Counted from the first letter of the stretch, positions 24,240-33,451 are shown. The stretch: DNA of 36,927 bases from an uncultured bacterium (GCA_964572375.1 CAZNHF010000002.1:1-36927); one strand, 5' to 3'. Made by a program: numbers and translations. The notes: generated from the letters alone by a model not told the origin.

Positions 24240-25181
24240 TCAGAGCCGCCCCTGCTGCCGCATGAGTTCTTCGATCTCTGCCAGACCGGCAACGCCGCCG
24301 CGCGCGCCCAGCGCAGTGCAGTTCAAGGCCGCGGCCGCGTTTGAGAAGTCGAGCGTCCGCTCGACCGTCCAACCACTGAGGAGACCGTAGATGAACGCGC
24401 CGTGGAAGATGTCGCCTGCGCCGGTCGTGTCGACGACGTTCACTGCGAACCCCGCCGATTCGACCTTCGCGCCGTCCTTCGCTATGGCGATGGCGCCCCT
24501 GGCCCCGCGCGTCATCACGGCGAGCGACGGTCCCTGCTCGAGAATCCGGCGCAGCGCCTCCTCGTCGTCGGCGCACCCGGCGTAGATGTTCGGGAACCGC
24601 GACGAGGCAACGAGCAGGTCGGTGTTCGCCACGAGCTCGTGCGTTCCCTCCTTCACGGTCTCCGCATCGAGAACGACTGGAATGCCGCGCGCGCGCGCAA
24701 GCTCCGCCGCCCGGGCTGCCGCCGGCGCGTCGTGTCCGTCGACCAGAAGCGCGCGGCCGACCGCGATCTTCTCGGGCGTTATCTCATCGGGCTGCGTCGC
24801 AATACCGTCGGGACGGTCCCAGAAGATGGTCCTCTCCCCGGTCGTCTCGTCCACGATGATCATCGCGAGCTGATTCGTCGCGCCGGGAACTGCGGGGACA
24901 TCGCTGACGTCGATCCCTTCGGAGCGGATGCTCTCGAGCGAGTACTCGCCGATGGCGTCACCGCCCACCTTGCCGACGTACTTCGCCCGGAGTCCGAGCC
25001 TCGCACACTGCACCATCGCGCTGGCCGCCTGCCCGCCCGGCGTCCGGTGGAACCCGACGAGCTTGAGCTTCTCGCCTCGCTCCGCCTCGCGCGGAACGAT
25101 ACACAGATGGTCGACGGCGTTCAGGCCGAAGCCGACGACATCGAAAGGCGCGGTTGTCGGGACCTTCAGTCCAAAGTCCAC
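24240..25181 (-). CDS. PfkB-family carbohydrate kinase (ribokinase-like)
   Basis: The protein is 313 aa. Motifs: VVGFGLNAVDHL, GGQAASAMVQCARLG and DTTGAGDIFHGAFIYGLL. Confidence 0.85.
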   Translation of the reverse strand: MDFGLKVPTTAPFDVVGFGLNAVDHLCIVPREAERGEKLKLVGFHRTPGGQAASAMVQCARLGLRAKYVGKVGGDAIGEYSLESIRSEGIDVSDVPAVPGATNQLAMIIVDETTGERTIFWDRPDGIATQPDEITPEKIAVGRALLVDGHDAPAAARAAELARARGIPVVLDAETVKEGTHELVANTDLLVASSRFPNIYAGCADDEEALRRILEQGPSLAVMTRGARGAIAIAKDGAKVESAGFAVNVVDTTGAGDIFHGAFIYGLLSGWTVERTLDFSNAAAALNCTALGARGGVAGLAEIEELMRQQGRL

Positions 25182-25248
25182 ATGCTCTCCGAGGCAGTGT
25201 GATGCGATCGATCGACAACGTGCCGCTGTGACACGTCAACCGGCACGC

Positions 25249-26700
25249 CTAGACCTTCCTGTCCTTCCACTTCCCGCGGCGGAACCAGAAGTACGTAAGC
25301 ACGACCTCGATACTCGCCGCGATGAACATCGACCACCAGACTCCGAGCTCCGATGTGTGGAGCACGTGGATGGCGCCGAGGATGAGCGGGATCTGAACGC
25401 CCCACTCTATGATGGCGGCGATGACGGTCGGCGGCCACGTATTGCCCGACCCGAAGAACGCCGACGACAGGACGATGTGCATCGCGATCATGATCTGCGC
25501 GATAGCCATGAGCTTGATGAGCGGCACACCTGCTGCGAGCACGGCGGGGTCATGGGCAAAGACGCCCAGGATGCCTCGAGCGAAAACGATCTCGATGGCG
25601 CCGAGGACACCCGTGATGAGAAGGACCAGCAGCGTAGCCTTGACCACGGCTTCGTGCGCCCTCTCCTTCTGATGCGCCCCGAGATTCTGGCCTACAATGG
25701 CGCCGCAACCGAGTTCAAGGCCGATGGCAAAGAGGATGCCGAGTTCCATGATGCGCAGGCTGACGCCGTACGCTGCCACGACGATGGTCCCGAATGTGGC
25801 GACCAGCGTTGCTATGTACCAGTGCGATACGCTTCTGAGGAAGCCGTTCAGCCCCGCCGGCATTCCGATCTTGAGGATGTCGAGCATGACACGAACGCGC
25901 GGCTGGAAGCGGGTCCAGATGGGCACGGTAATGCTCGCCTTGCCGGCAGAGAGCACCCATATCCCGACGAAGACCGCGGCCGCCGCCGAGACGGCGGTCG
26001 CCCACGCAGCTCCCGCGATACCCATGTCGAAACCGAAGATGAACAGCGGATCGAGCCCGACGTTGAGCACCGTCGACATCAGCATGATGTACATCGCCTT
26101 CGGCGCGTCACCGACGCCCCGCAGCGCCGTGTAGATCGTGTACGAGGAGAACATGAACGGAAGGAACGCGAACCGGATGTTGCCGTACGCCATCGCCAGG
26201 CGGTGCACCTCGGGATCATCGGTCATGATCTTCAGAACGTGGGGCGCGATGAGGAGACCGAGCAAGCCCATGATGATGGCGATCCCGAACTTGAGCAGCA
26301 GCGTCTGACGGATGATGTCGCGCGTGTCCTCCATCCGCTTCTCGCCGAAGCGCCGCGAGATGAGAGCGACCGAGCCGGTCCCGATGATCTGGTTGGCCGA
26401 GCCGAAGACCCACGCGATGGCCGCGAACAGCGTGATGGCCGCGACGGGCGCGGTGCCGAGCCTGCTGACCCAGTAGATGTCGGTCAGGCTGTAGATGGTC
26501 ATCGCGCCGAACCCGATCATCGACGGAATGCCCATGTAGAGCACGTTCTTGAGCACGTTCCCCTTGGTGATGTCCATTCGCGGGGTGCGCTCGAGAACGG
26601 CCTCACTGACGTCGGGAGCGATCTCGCCGAGTTCGGGGACGATGCCGTCGTGTTCGATCACGGCGTCGTCCATAGGATTGTGTCTGGGGTCGTCGGCCAC
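25249..26700 (-). CDS. MATE family efflux transporter
   Basis: The protein is 483 aa with 12 predicted TM helices. The N-terminal motif is ITKGNVLKNVLYMGIPSMIGFGAMTIYSLTDIYWVSRLG. The GTG start has AGGAG about 10 nt upstream. Confidence 0.85.
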   Translation of the reverse strand: MADDPRHNPMDDAVIEHDGIVPELGEIAPDVSEAVLERTPRMDITKGNVLKNVLYMGIPSMIGFGAMTIYSLTDIYWVSRLGTAPVAAITLFAAIAWVFGSANQIIGTGSVALISRRFGEKRMEDTRDIIRQTLLLKFGIAIIMGLLGLLIAPHVLKIMTDDPEVHRLAMAYGNIRFAFLPFMFSSYTIYTALRGVGDAPKAMYIMLMSTVLNVGLDPLFIFGFDMGIAGAAWATAVSAAAAVFVGIWVLSAGKASITVPIWTRFQPRVRVMLDILKIGMPAGLNGFLRSVSHWYIATLVATFGTIVVAAYGVSLRIMELGILFAIGLELGCGAIVGQNLGAHQKERAHEAVVKATLLVLLITGVLGAIEIVFARGILGVFAHDPAVLAAGVPLIKLMAIAQIMIAMHIVLSSAFFGSGNTWPPTVIAAIIEWGVQIPLILGAIHVLHTSELGVWWSMFIAASIEVVLTYFWFRRGKWKDRKV

Positions 26701-26780
26701 GTGTGCCGGTCTCCTGCTGGACGGGGCTCCCCTCCGGCGGTCAAGGTGTTGGTGCCGGAAGGTTCAATGCGTGTACGCGT

Positions 26781-26810
26781 AGCATATCCTGTGAATGGGT
26801 GTCGGCTCAA
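26781..26810 (-). promoter_or_regulatory. Candidate promoter for the MATE-to-LytTR gene string
   Basis: The minus strand reads TTGAGC (26810-26805), an 18-nt spacer, then TATGCT (26786-26781). It lies about 80 nt upstream of the GTG at 26700. Both hexamers are imperfect. Confidence 0.3.
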
Positions 26811-26905
26811 CTGCGCAGATTGTCGGGCCACCTCCGGGGCACACGGGTCCCCTCCCCGGGCCACGACAGGCGTTGACCCTGGGTGGCACAGCTGGGCGTT
26901 GCTTA

Positions 26906-26934
26906 TTGACATCTACTTCATTTCGAGGTATAGT
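26906..26934 (+). promoter_or_regulatory. Near-consensus sigma70 promoter for the plus-strand beta-helix gene
   Basis: TTGACA (26906-26911), an exactly 17-nt spacer, then TATAGT (26929-26934). It lies about 80 nt upstream of the ATG at 27015, in a locally AT-richer stretch. Confidence 0.7.
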
Positions 26935-27014
26935 GTAGTGTTTTCCGAGACACACATCATCGCTGCACGAGGCCTTCAGTGCCCTGCCATCGAAGACAAC
27001 GGACCTTAGCCAAC

Positions 27015-28058
27015 ATGCGTCGGGTCGCGCTTGCTGCAGTGCTCCTCATGGCGGTCCCCTGCGCGCATGCCAAAACATGGCATGTCGATGGCGACAACGC
27101 CTCCGGCATCGAGGACGGCACTGCACTCCACCCCTACATTCTGATCAGCTCTGCGATGAGCGTCGCTGAGTACGGCGACACTGTGCTCGTCATGCCGGGT
27201 GAGTACTCGGAGTGGTTGAGTGTCTGGATGTACAGTCCCTCAGGCATGAACTGCGCATCAGTCGTGGTCCCTGACGGTGTCGTATTGACGAGCAGCTCAG
27301 GGGCTGACTCAACGACGATTCACGGCGTGGGCACTCAAGCCGCCGTGTTCTTCGATGCCTGCGGTCCTACCACCGCTCTCAACGGATTCACGATCGTGTG
27401 TGATGGCACCGGCTGGGGACATCGCGCGGCGATCATCGGCTACGCAAGTCAGCCGGGCATCACTGGAAACACCGTGACGGACGGTTGGAGCGAGCTCTAC
27501 TTCCGCGAGTCGTCCCACGCAGTCATCTCGGAAAACGTCTTGGACGATGTCTCGTTCGTGTCGGACTCAGGCGGAATCGTGATCGACAACGAAATCGCAG
27601 GAACGGTCGGCGTCGACACGAACGGCAACATCACAGTTGAGGGGAATGTGTTCCTGCCATCCCGCGGACGCTGGGGCTACGGCTTGTACATCAAGCCCGG
27701 TAGCGGTGTAGTCGAGGTCGTTGAGAACAACATCACAGGACGAAACGTGGGCGCCTATGTGTGCCGGGGCACGTTTCGTGGGAATCGATTCACTGACAAC
27801 ACCACAAACCTGTGGCTCCCCAACGAGTGTTCCGAATGCGAGGATGTTGACGCTGAGATGAACTGGTGGGGCACAGTTGACGAAACCATGATATCTGACT
27901 TGATCACGGACGAGGATGACGACCCGAGCATCCCTTGCAGCGTCGACTACACTCCATGGTGCCTCGATGCAGACTGCACCCAGTCATCGACGCATTCACT
28001 CACATGGGGCGCTGTCAAGGCTCGCTATCGGCACCCAAGCAACGATGCGAGGAGGTGA
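27015..28058 (+). CDS. Secreted right-handed beta-helix (PbH1/pectate-lyase-fold) protein with TWGAVKARYR near its C-terminus
   Basis: The signal peptide is MRRVALAAVLLMAVPCAHA. Motifs: TWHVDGDNASG...GTALHPY..I..A....GDTVLVMPGEY, then repeated N-x-I/V-x-G windings and EMNWWGT. The track ORF begins 12 codons earlier, at 26979. Confidence 0.8.
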   Translation: MRRVALAAVLLMAVPCAHAKTWHVDGDNASGIEDGTALHPYILISSAMSVAEYGDTVLVMPGEYSEWLSVWMYSPSGMNCASVVVPDGVVLTSSSGADSTTIHGVGTQAAVFFDACGPTTALNGFTIVCDGTGWGHRAAIIGYASQPGITGNTVTDGWSELYFRESSHAVISENVLDDVSFVSDSGGIVIDNEIAGTVGVDTNGNITVEGNVFLPSRGRWGYGLYIKPGSGVVEVVENNITGRNVGAYVCRGTFRGNRFTDNTTNLWLPNECSECEDVDAEMNWWGTVDETMISDLITDEDDDPSIPCSVDYTPWCLDADCTQSSTHSLTWGAVKARYRHPSNDARR

Positions 28059-28089
28059 CGCAATGAGGGGGACTTTGACCTGCCCCCAG

Positions 28090-28363
28090 TTGTTGTACCA
28101 CATCTGGAGACAGAGTGCCGCTGCTGAAGGCCTCGGCATCACCGCCTCCGGTGCCGGCGGCCGGTACCCCAGTGAGCTGTGTGGCCGCACCTGGTTGTAC
28201 TCCCTCCGCATGCCTCGATCACAACTCGTGCTTCCTGAAGACTCGTGAAGAGCTCTCCGATGATGAGCGCCGTCAGGGCCGCCGCGTCTTCCGCAACCTT
28301 CCGCTCGTACCGCTGCGTCGAGCGTGATTGGTCCAGCACCCGGCATGCGCGGCGTTCGCTCAC
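28090..28363 (-). pseudogene. Decayed IS3-family transposase (orfB) remnant with an internal deletion and a frameshift
   Basis: One frame (28363 downward) reads SERRACRVLDQSRSTQRY...AEDAAALTALI, joined directly to ELFTSLQEARVVIEA. A second frame then continues RREYNQVRPHSSLGYRPPAPEAV (28208-28140). The N-terminal and C-terminal signatures of IS3 OrfB are both present, but the DDE core is missing. Boundaries are approximate and I identified no inverted repeats. Confidence 0.7.
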
Positions 28364-28390
28364 CGCAAGCGATCGGGACTCCAGAAGCCA

Positions 28391-30070
28391 TCACCGCGAG
28401 AACGCGCGAAGCGCTGCCAGCTGCGCCGGTCGGGAGCCGTCCCAGCAGCAGAGGATTGCATCGGAACCACCTGCGGCATCGGCATGCCACGGAGCCGCGA
28501 AGAGGAGCGTGATCGTGCGCGGGGATGCTTCGACGATGGAGGCGACCAGTTCGCGCGCCGGTCCGGCGAATCCCGCGTGACCCTTCCACGCGGTCACCTC
28601 GTCGAAGAGCGCGATGATACAGTGTGATGCCCGGGCCACAACATCCATGGCCCCTTTCCGGCCGTTCGCATCTGCACGGCAAAGCGCTCCGTCGCTCGGC
28701 TCCCCATCGGCTCCGACTTCTGCCGGCACGCAGGCCGATGCGAACCGCCCGCCCGGGAATGCCGCCTCGAACTCACTCCTGAGCCAGATGAAGTTGTCGA
28801 ACTCCCCCACCTCGTGGATGGCCACCAACGCCACCGACGCCGGGTCGCATGAGCCGAATTCCGCCGTCACTGTCGAGGGGGCACCCTTGAGCCACGTCAC
28901 GCCGCGCTTCGCGATCTCCGTCGCAACGAAGCTCCGGCTCTCGCCCCAAAGATCGCTCTCGCTCCCATCCAGATGACAGCGGAGCGTGTCGGCGAGTTCG
29001 CGCGGCAGAATATCGTACGGCGGCTCGGGCACCGGGCAGGCGTCGGACCAGTCAAGGAGCCGTTCGATGCGCGCGATGGACGTGTCGAGCCGCTCCTCCG
29101 TCAAACGACCGGATTCCACGGCATCGACGATCCCGTCAATGGCCGCCTCGGCATCGGCCGGCATGAGCAGCACGTCGACGCCGGCTTCGAGCGCGAGGAC
29201 GGCGGCATCGCCCGAACCATACAGACCAGTAATCCCACCCATCAGGAGCGCGTCGGTGACAACAAGTCCGTCGAACCCGAGCTCACGTCGCAAGAGGTCG
29301 GTCATGACGGCTCGAGAGAGCGTGGCGGGCCCCGCGTCGAGCGCCGGGTACTCCACGTGCGCGGTCATGACCGCCTTCACGCCCTCCGCGAACGCTGCTC
29401 TGAAGGGAACAAGTTCGCGGGACTCAAGCGTTGCGCGGTCGACGTCGACGACCGGGAGTTCGATGTGCGAGTCGCGTCGCGTGTCGCCGTGACCCGGGAA
29501 GTGCTTCACTGTCGCGGCGACTCCCCCGCGCTCGAGACCGCGAACGAACGCGGCCACGAACTTCGCGACCATGCCCGGCTCGGCTCCGAACGCGCGCACA
29601 CCGATGATCGGATTCTCGTCCTCGGTGTGCACGTCGGCCACCGGCGCGAAGACCAGGTTGATGCCGGCAGCGCGCGCTTCGACTCCGGTTACGCACCCCT
29701 GCGCGAATGCCAGATTCGTATCCCCGGTCGCACCGCACATCATCAGACAGGGGAAGATGGTCGCCCCCTCGAGCTGCTGCCCGACGCCCCGTTCGAGGTC
29801 CGACGCCACGAGCAGACGGTGGCCGGAGAGCCCCCGCATCGCCTTGATCAGCTCCGGCGTACGGTCGACGTTCCCGCCGAAGATACAGAACCCGCCGACA
29901 CCGAACTCCTCGACCTCGCGCTCGAGCCTCCGACACTCGTCACCGAAGTCATCCCACGCGCGGTCGGAGATGTGCGTCATGATGAGGCGCGCGGCCTTCT
30001 GTCTGACTCTCACTGTCGTCTCCTTTGCCGCCGGGGGGCGCGGTCGGGGGCGCAGCTGCCCGCGCGGCAC
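28391..30070 (-). CDS. nagZ: Glycoside hydrolase family 3 beta-N-acetylhexosaminidase (NagZ-like) with a C-terminal extension
   Basis: Motifs: GVGGFCIFGG, LLVASDLERGVGQQ, INLVFAPVADV, KHFPGHGDTRRDSH and GLVVTDALLMGG. The likely start is the GTG at 30013, preceded by AAGGAG. Confidence 0.85.
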   Translation of the reverse strand: MPRGQLRPRPRPPAAKETTVRVRQKAARLIMTHISDRAWDDFGDECRRLEREVEEFGVGGFCIFGGNVDRTPELIKAMRGLSGHRLLVASDLERGVGQQLEGATIFPCLMMCGATGDTNLAFAQGCVTGVEARAAGINLVFAPVADVHTEDENPIIGVRAFGAEPGMVAKFVAAFVRGLERGGVAATVKHFPGHGDTRRDSHIELPVVDVDRATLESRELVPFRAAFAEGVKAVMTAHVEYPALDAGPATLSRAVMTDLLRRELGFDGLVVTDALLMGGITGLYGSGDAAVLALEAGVDVLLMPADAEAAIDGIVDAVESGRLTEERLDTSIARIERLLDWSDACPVPEPPYDILPRELADTLRCHLDGSESDLWGESRSFVATEIAKRGVTWLKGAPSTVTAEFGSCDPASVALVAIHEVGEFDNFIWLRSEFEAAFPGGRFASACVPAEVGADGEPSDGALCRADANGRKGAMDVVARASHCIIALFDEVTAWKGHAGFAGPARELVASIVEASPRTITLLFAAPWHADAAGGSDAILCCWDGSRPAQLAALRAFSR

Positions 30071-30087
30071 GCCATCAGCAAGTCCAT

Positions 30088-31353
30088 CTAGAGCCCGACG
30101 CTGATTTTCCCAAGCACGGCACCCGTCTTCGCGCCAGTGGCGGCCGGGACGTTGCCGGGACCGCCACCGAGTGTCTCGTTCGCGAGCACCGCGAACCCAA
30201 TCGCCTCTTTGGCGTCGGGGTCGATGCCAATCTCCGCCAGACTGCGCACGGGGATCGGCGCGAAGGCATCGCTGAGCATCGTCATCATCGCCCTGTTTCT
30301 CACACCGCCACCGCTGACGACGACCTCCGCGAGCTCTGGGCTCCGCGGAAGGAACCGCTCAGCATCGCGGATCGACCGTACGGTGACCGCGGCCGCCGAT
30401 GCCTGGAGATCGTCGACATCGCTCTCGGAGAGCGTGTCCGCGCCCTTGAACCAGTCGCGGCCATTCTCGCCGTGAACAAGTTCGGCCAGCTCTCCGGTCG
30501 CTTCGCGCCCGAAGAGCTCCTTACCGGTCGACTTCGGCGGCTGCGCGGCGAAGTATTGCCGGGCGAGGAAGGCCGTAACGGCTCCTTCATGAACTGTCCC
30601 GCGCGTGGCACCCGCGCCATCCTCGTCGTACCGCTGCCGTCCGTGCGACGCGCGCCGGGCGATTTCGTCGCAGAGCGCGTTGCCCGGTCCTGTATCGAAC
30701 GCGCGCACACCCGCCAGGTCCTCGACGAGCCAGGTCACGTTCGCGATGCCGCCGATGTTGAGCATGAGCCTCGCCACATCCGGCTTGCGGAAGAGGAGCC
30801 AGTCGACGAGCGGGATCAGCGGAGCGCCCGAACCGCCTGCTGCGATATCGGCCGTGCGGAAGTCCGAGATGGTCACGACGCCCGTCTGCCGCGCGACGAC
30901 GTCACCCTCGCCGATCTGGAGCGTGGCGCCGCGCCTGTCGCCCTCGGGGGGCTCGTGGTAGATGGTCTGACCGTGCGAACCGATGAGGTGTACGTCGGTA
31001 GGACGCATGCCGGACTTGCGGAGGACCGCGAGAGCGGCGCCCGCGAAGGCCTCCCCGACGTCGAAGTTGAGACGCGAGATCTCCGCCACGCCCGCGTGTG
31101 CGGCATGGCCGATTCTCTCGGCAAGCGACGGCTCGTACGGCACGCAGATGAAGCTCAGAAGCTCCGCCTCAAGCCAGTGGCCCCACCCGTGGCATCTGAC
31201 CAGCGCCGCATCGATCCCGTCGGCCGACGTGCCGGACATGAGTCCGACAACAAGCCGCTCGTCAAGCGACGCGAGGCTTGTCAGCTTCTTCACGAGCCGA
31301 CCGGCGGAGCTTGGCTTGGCCATCAGGCCCTCCGTTGGGGTGATTCGCGGCAC
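30088..31353 (-). CDS. anmK: Anhydro-N-acetylmuramic acid kinase
   Basis: Motifs: VVGLMSGTSADGIDAALV, IGSHGQTIYH, NIGGIANVT, FDTGPGNALCD and VVVSGGGVRNRAMM. The likely start is the ATG at 31323, preceded by GGAGGG. Confidence 0.9.
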   Translation of the reverse strand: MPRITPTEGLMAKPSSAGRLVKKLTSLASLDERLVVGLMSGTSADGIDAALVRCHGWGHWLEAELLSFICVPYEPSLAERIGHAAHAGVAEISRLNFDVGEAFAGAALAVLRKSGMRPTDVHLIGSHGQTIYHEPPEGDRRGATLQIGEGDVVARQTGVVTISDFRTADIAAGGSGAPLIPLVDWLLFRKPDVARLMLNIGGIANVTWLVEDLAGVRAFDTGPGNALCDEIARRASHGRQRYDEDGAGATRGTVHEGAVTAFLARQYFAAQPPKSTGKELFGREATGELAELVHGENGRDWFKGADTLSESDVDDLQASAAAVTVRSIRDAERFLPRSPELAEVVVSGGGVRNRAMMTMLSDAFAPIPVRSLAEIGIDPDAKEAIGFAVLANETLGGGPGNVPAATGAKTGAVLGKISVGL

Positions 31354-31417
31354 GCCGGCCGTCGTGGCACGACGCCCCGGTCATCGGGGCACGACGCCGC
31401 GGCGCACGGCAGCGTCT

Positions 31418-32473
31418 CTACGTGCTGCGAGGGACCGGATGCGACAGGAACGTCCGGAGGGTATCGCCCTCGAGCGCCGCCCAACTCATCGCCTGGGTCG
31501 AGTAGCCGATGGCGATCTCGCCGTTGACATCGATCCCGATGAGCCCGAACTCGAATGACTCGTCGCATGCGGTACGCATGACACGCTCCATCGCACCGGC
31601 CGCTCCGACCTCGGCGAACGCCTCGACGAGCGCGCGTCCCATCCCGTGACGGATGACCGGCTCACCGTGCCCGGTCGCCGAGACGCCACCCCGGCAGTCG
31701 CAGTACGTGCCCGCACCGATCACGCCGGTGTCACCGACTCGGCCTGGAAGCTTGAGCATCATCCCACCGGTCGACGAGGCTGCCGCGATTCGGCCGGCCG
31801 AATCGCGGACGACGATGCCGACGGTCCCGCTCTCGGGATCGCGGTCGTCATCCCACTCGGCCTCCGTGCGAAGTTCGTCATAGAATTGCCGCAGCCGGGG
31901 CATGAAGTGCGCATCTTCGCCGGCTTCGAGCTTCGCGAGCGCCCTCTGGTAGCGCTCGATACGATCAGGGGTCCGCTGGTCACGCTCCGGGAGTCCCATG
32001 TGGCGCGCGAAGGCCTCGGCGCCACGACCGACCAGAAGCACGTGGTCCGTCATCTCCATCACGAGGCGCGCCACAACGATAGGATTGGCGAATCCGCGGA
32101 GCGCTGCAACCGAGCCGCACGACATGTCGTCGAGCATGATGGCCGCGTCGTTCTCAACATCGCCGTTGAGATTAAGCGAGGAGCCGTATCCGGCGTTGAG
32201 AACTGGCGCTTCCTCCATGAGGACGGTCGCCTCGACGGCGGCATCACACGAACTCCCGCCGGACGCAAGGACACGCACCGCCGCCTCGCAGGCGGCGACG
32301 AGCGCCTTCTCGTGTTCGGCGCCGGGCTCATACGTCCCTGCGCCTCCATGTACGACGATTGAGTTCACGGTGCCGCGCGCTCCGTGGATGGTGGTCGTGT
32401 CAGGTGGGAGAGGGATATCCGGCACGTTGCCGGTCGGATCGTCGGGTGGCCTCAGAACCGGCGGGCTCATCAT
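31418..32473 (-). CDS. Ntn-hydrolase of the isoaspartyl peptidase/L-asparaginase (asparaginase_2) family
   Basis: Motifs: IVVHGGAG, an autoprocessing and nucleophile site in ESGTVGIVVRD, GDTGVIGAGTY and VSATGHGEPVIRH. There is no signal peptide. Confidence 0.85.
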   Translation of the reverse strand: MMSPPVLRPPDDPTGNVPDIPLPPDTTTIHGARGTVNSIVVHGGAGTYEPGAEHEKALVAACEAAVRVLASGGSSCDAAVEATVLMEEAPVLNAGYGSSLNLNGDVENDAAIMLDDMSCGSVAALRGFANPIVVARLVMEMTDHVLLVGRGAEAFARHMGLPERDQRTPDRIERYQRALAKLEAGEDAHFMPRLRQFYDELRTEAEWDDDRDPESGTVGIVVRDSAGRIAAASSTGGMMLKLPGRVGDTGVIGAGTYCDCRGGVSATGHGEPVIRHGMGRALVEAFAEVGAAGAMERVMRTACDESFEFGLIGIDVNGEIAIGYSTQAMSWAALEGDTLRTFLSHPVPRST

Positions 32474-32491
32474 GCAAGCGGGCTTCTGCCT

Positions 32492-33451
32492 CTACTCGCC
32501 TCTGCCCCCCGGGTCGGCATCGGCCCCGGCCAGCTCGAGCGCCTCGCGGACGCGGCCGCCGCTCTCTTCGAGCAGCCGCTCCGCGTCGGCCCGGTCCCGG
32601 CCGGTTCTCGCCATGACGATGGCAAGTTTGACGTTGCCTCCGGCCCTCTCCATGGTCTCGACCGCCTCATTGTACGACAGACCGGCAGTCTCTACGAGGA
32701 TTCTGCAGGAGCGGTCGCGGAGCTTGTCACAGGTCGCTGTGAGGTCGACCATCAGGTTCCCGAAGGTCTTCCCGAGGAGCACCCAGGCCGAGGTCGTGAT
32801 TGTATTGAGGACGAGCTTCGTCGCGGTTCCGGCCTTCATCCTGGTAGAGCCGGTGACGACCTCGGGGCCGGTGAGCGGGTTGATGATGACGTCCACGTCG
32901 ACCGCGCCATCGGGGACCGGACTGCAGGACAGGAAGACCGTCGCTGCCCCGGCCTCGCGTGCGGCCGCGAGCGCGCCGTGAACGTACGGGGTCGCACCGC
33001 TGGTCGCTATGCCGAGCACAACATCCGCAGCGGAGACGCCTCGCTCCAGAAGATCCGCCGCGCCCCCCGCCTCATCGTCCTCCGCTCCCTCCTTCGCCCG
33101 GACCAGCGCGCCGTACCCGCCGGCGATGATGCCCTGAACGGCGTCCGGGTCGCTGCCGAACGTCGGCGGACACTCGGCCGCGTCGAGCACTCCCAGCCTC
33201 CCGCTGGTACCCGCACCCACATAGATGAGCCGGCCGCCTCTTCGGAGACGGTCGGCCACGAGCTCAACGGCAGCAGCGATCGCCTCGCGCTCGCGGGCGA
33301 CCGCCGCCGGTGCCGTCTGATCTTCGGAGTTGATGAGGTCAACAAGCTCGAGCGGGCTCATGCGGTCGAGATCCGCCGAGCGCGGGTTCCGCCGCTCGGT
33401 AAGGAGCGACCCCATATCACCCATGTCCCGCTCAGGCCGCTTCCAGGTCAC
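32492..33451 (-). CDS. murQ: N-acetylmuramic acid 6-phosphate etherase (SIS domain)
   Basis: Motifs: LTERRNPRSADLDRMSPLELVDLINSED, YVGAGTSGRLGVLDAAECPPTFG, GIATSGATPYV and TGSTRMKAGTATKLVLN. The start is either the GTG at 33451, which overlaps the upstream stop by 1 nt, or the ATG at 33424. Confidence 0.9.
   Translation of the reverse strand: MTWKRPERDMGDMGSLLTERRNPRSADLDRMSPLELVDLINSEDQTAPAAVAREREAIAAAVELVADRLRRGGRLIYVGAGTSGRLGVLDAAECPPTFGSDPDAVQGIIAGGYGALVRAKEGAEDDEAGGAADLLERGVSAADVVLGIATSGATPYVHGALAAAREAGAATVFLSCSPVPDGAVDVDVIINPLTGPEVVTGSTRMKAGTATKLVLNTITTSAWVLLGKTFGNLMVDLTATCDKLRDRSCRILVETAGLSYNEAVETMERAGGNVKLAIVMARTGRDRADAERLLEESGGRVREALELAGADADPGGRGE

Noticed and set aside
27996-28682. 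A 228-aa minus-strand ORF spanning the beta-helix gene end, the IS remnant and the nagZ 3' end
   Set aside because: It is a chimera. Only a stretch of about 23 aa (RREYNQVRPHSSLGYRPPAPEAV) is meaningful, as the IS3 transposase C-terminus. The rest overlaps nagZ out of frame and the beta-helix gene antisense. I report it as a pseudogene fragment instead.
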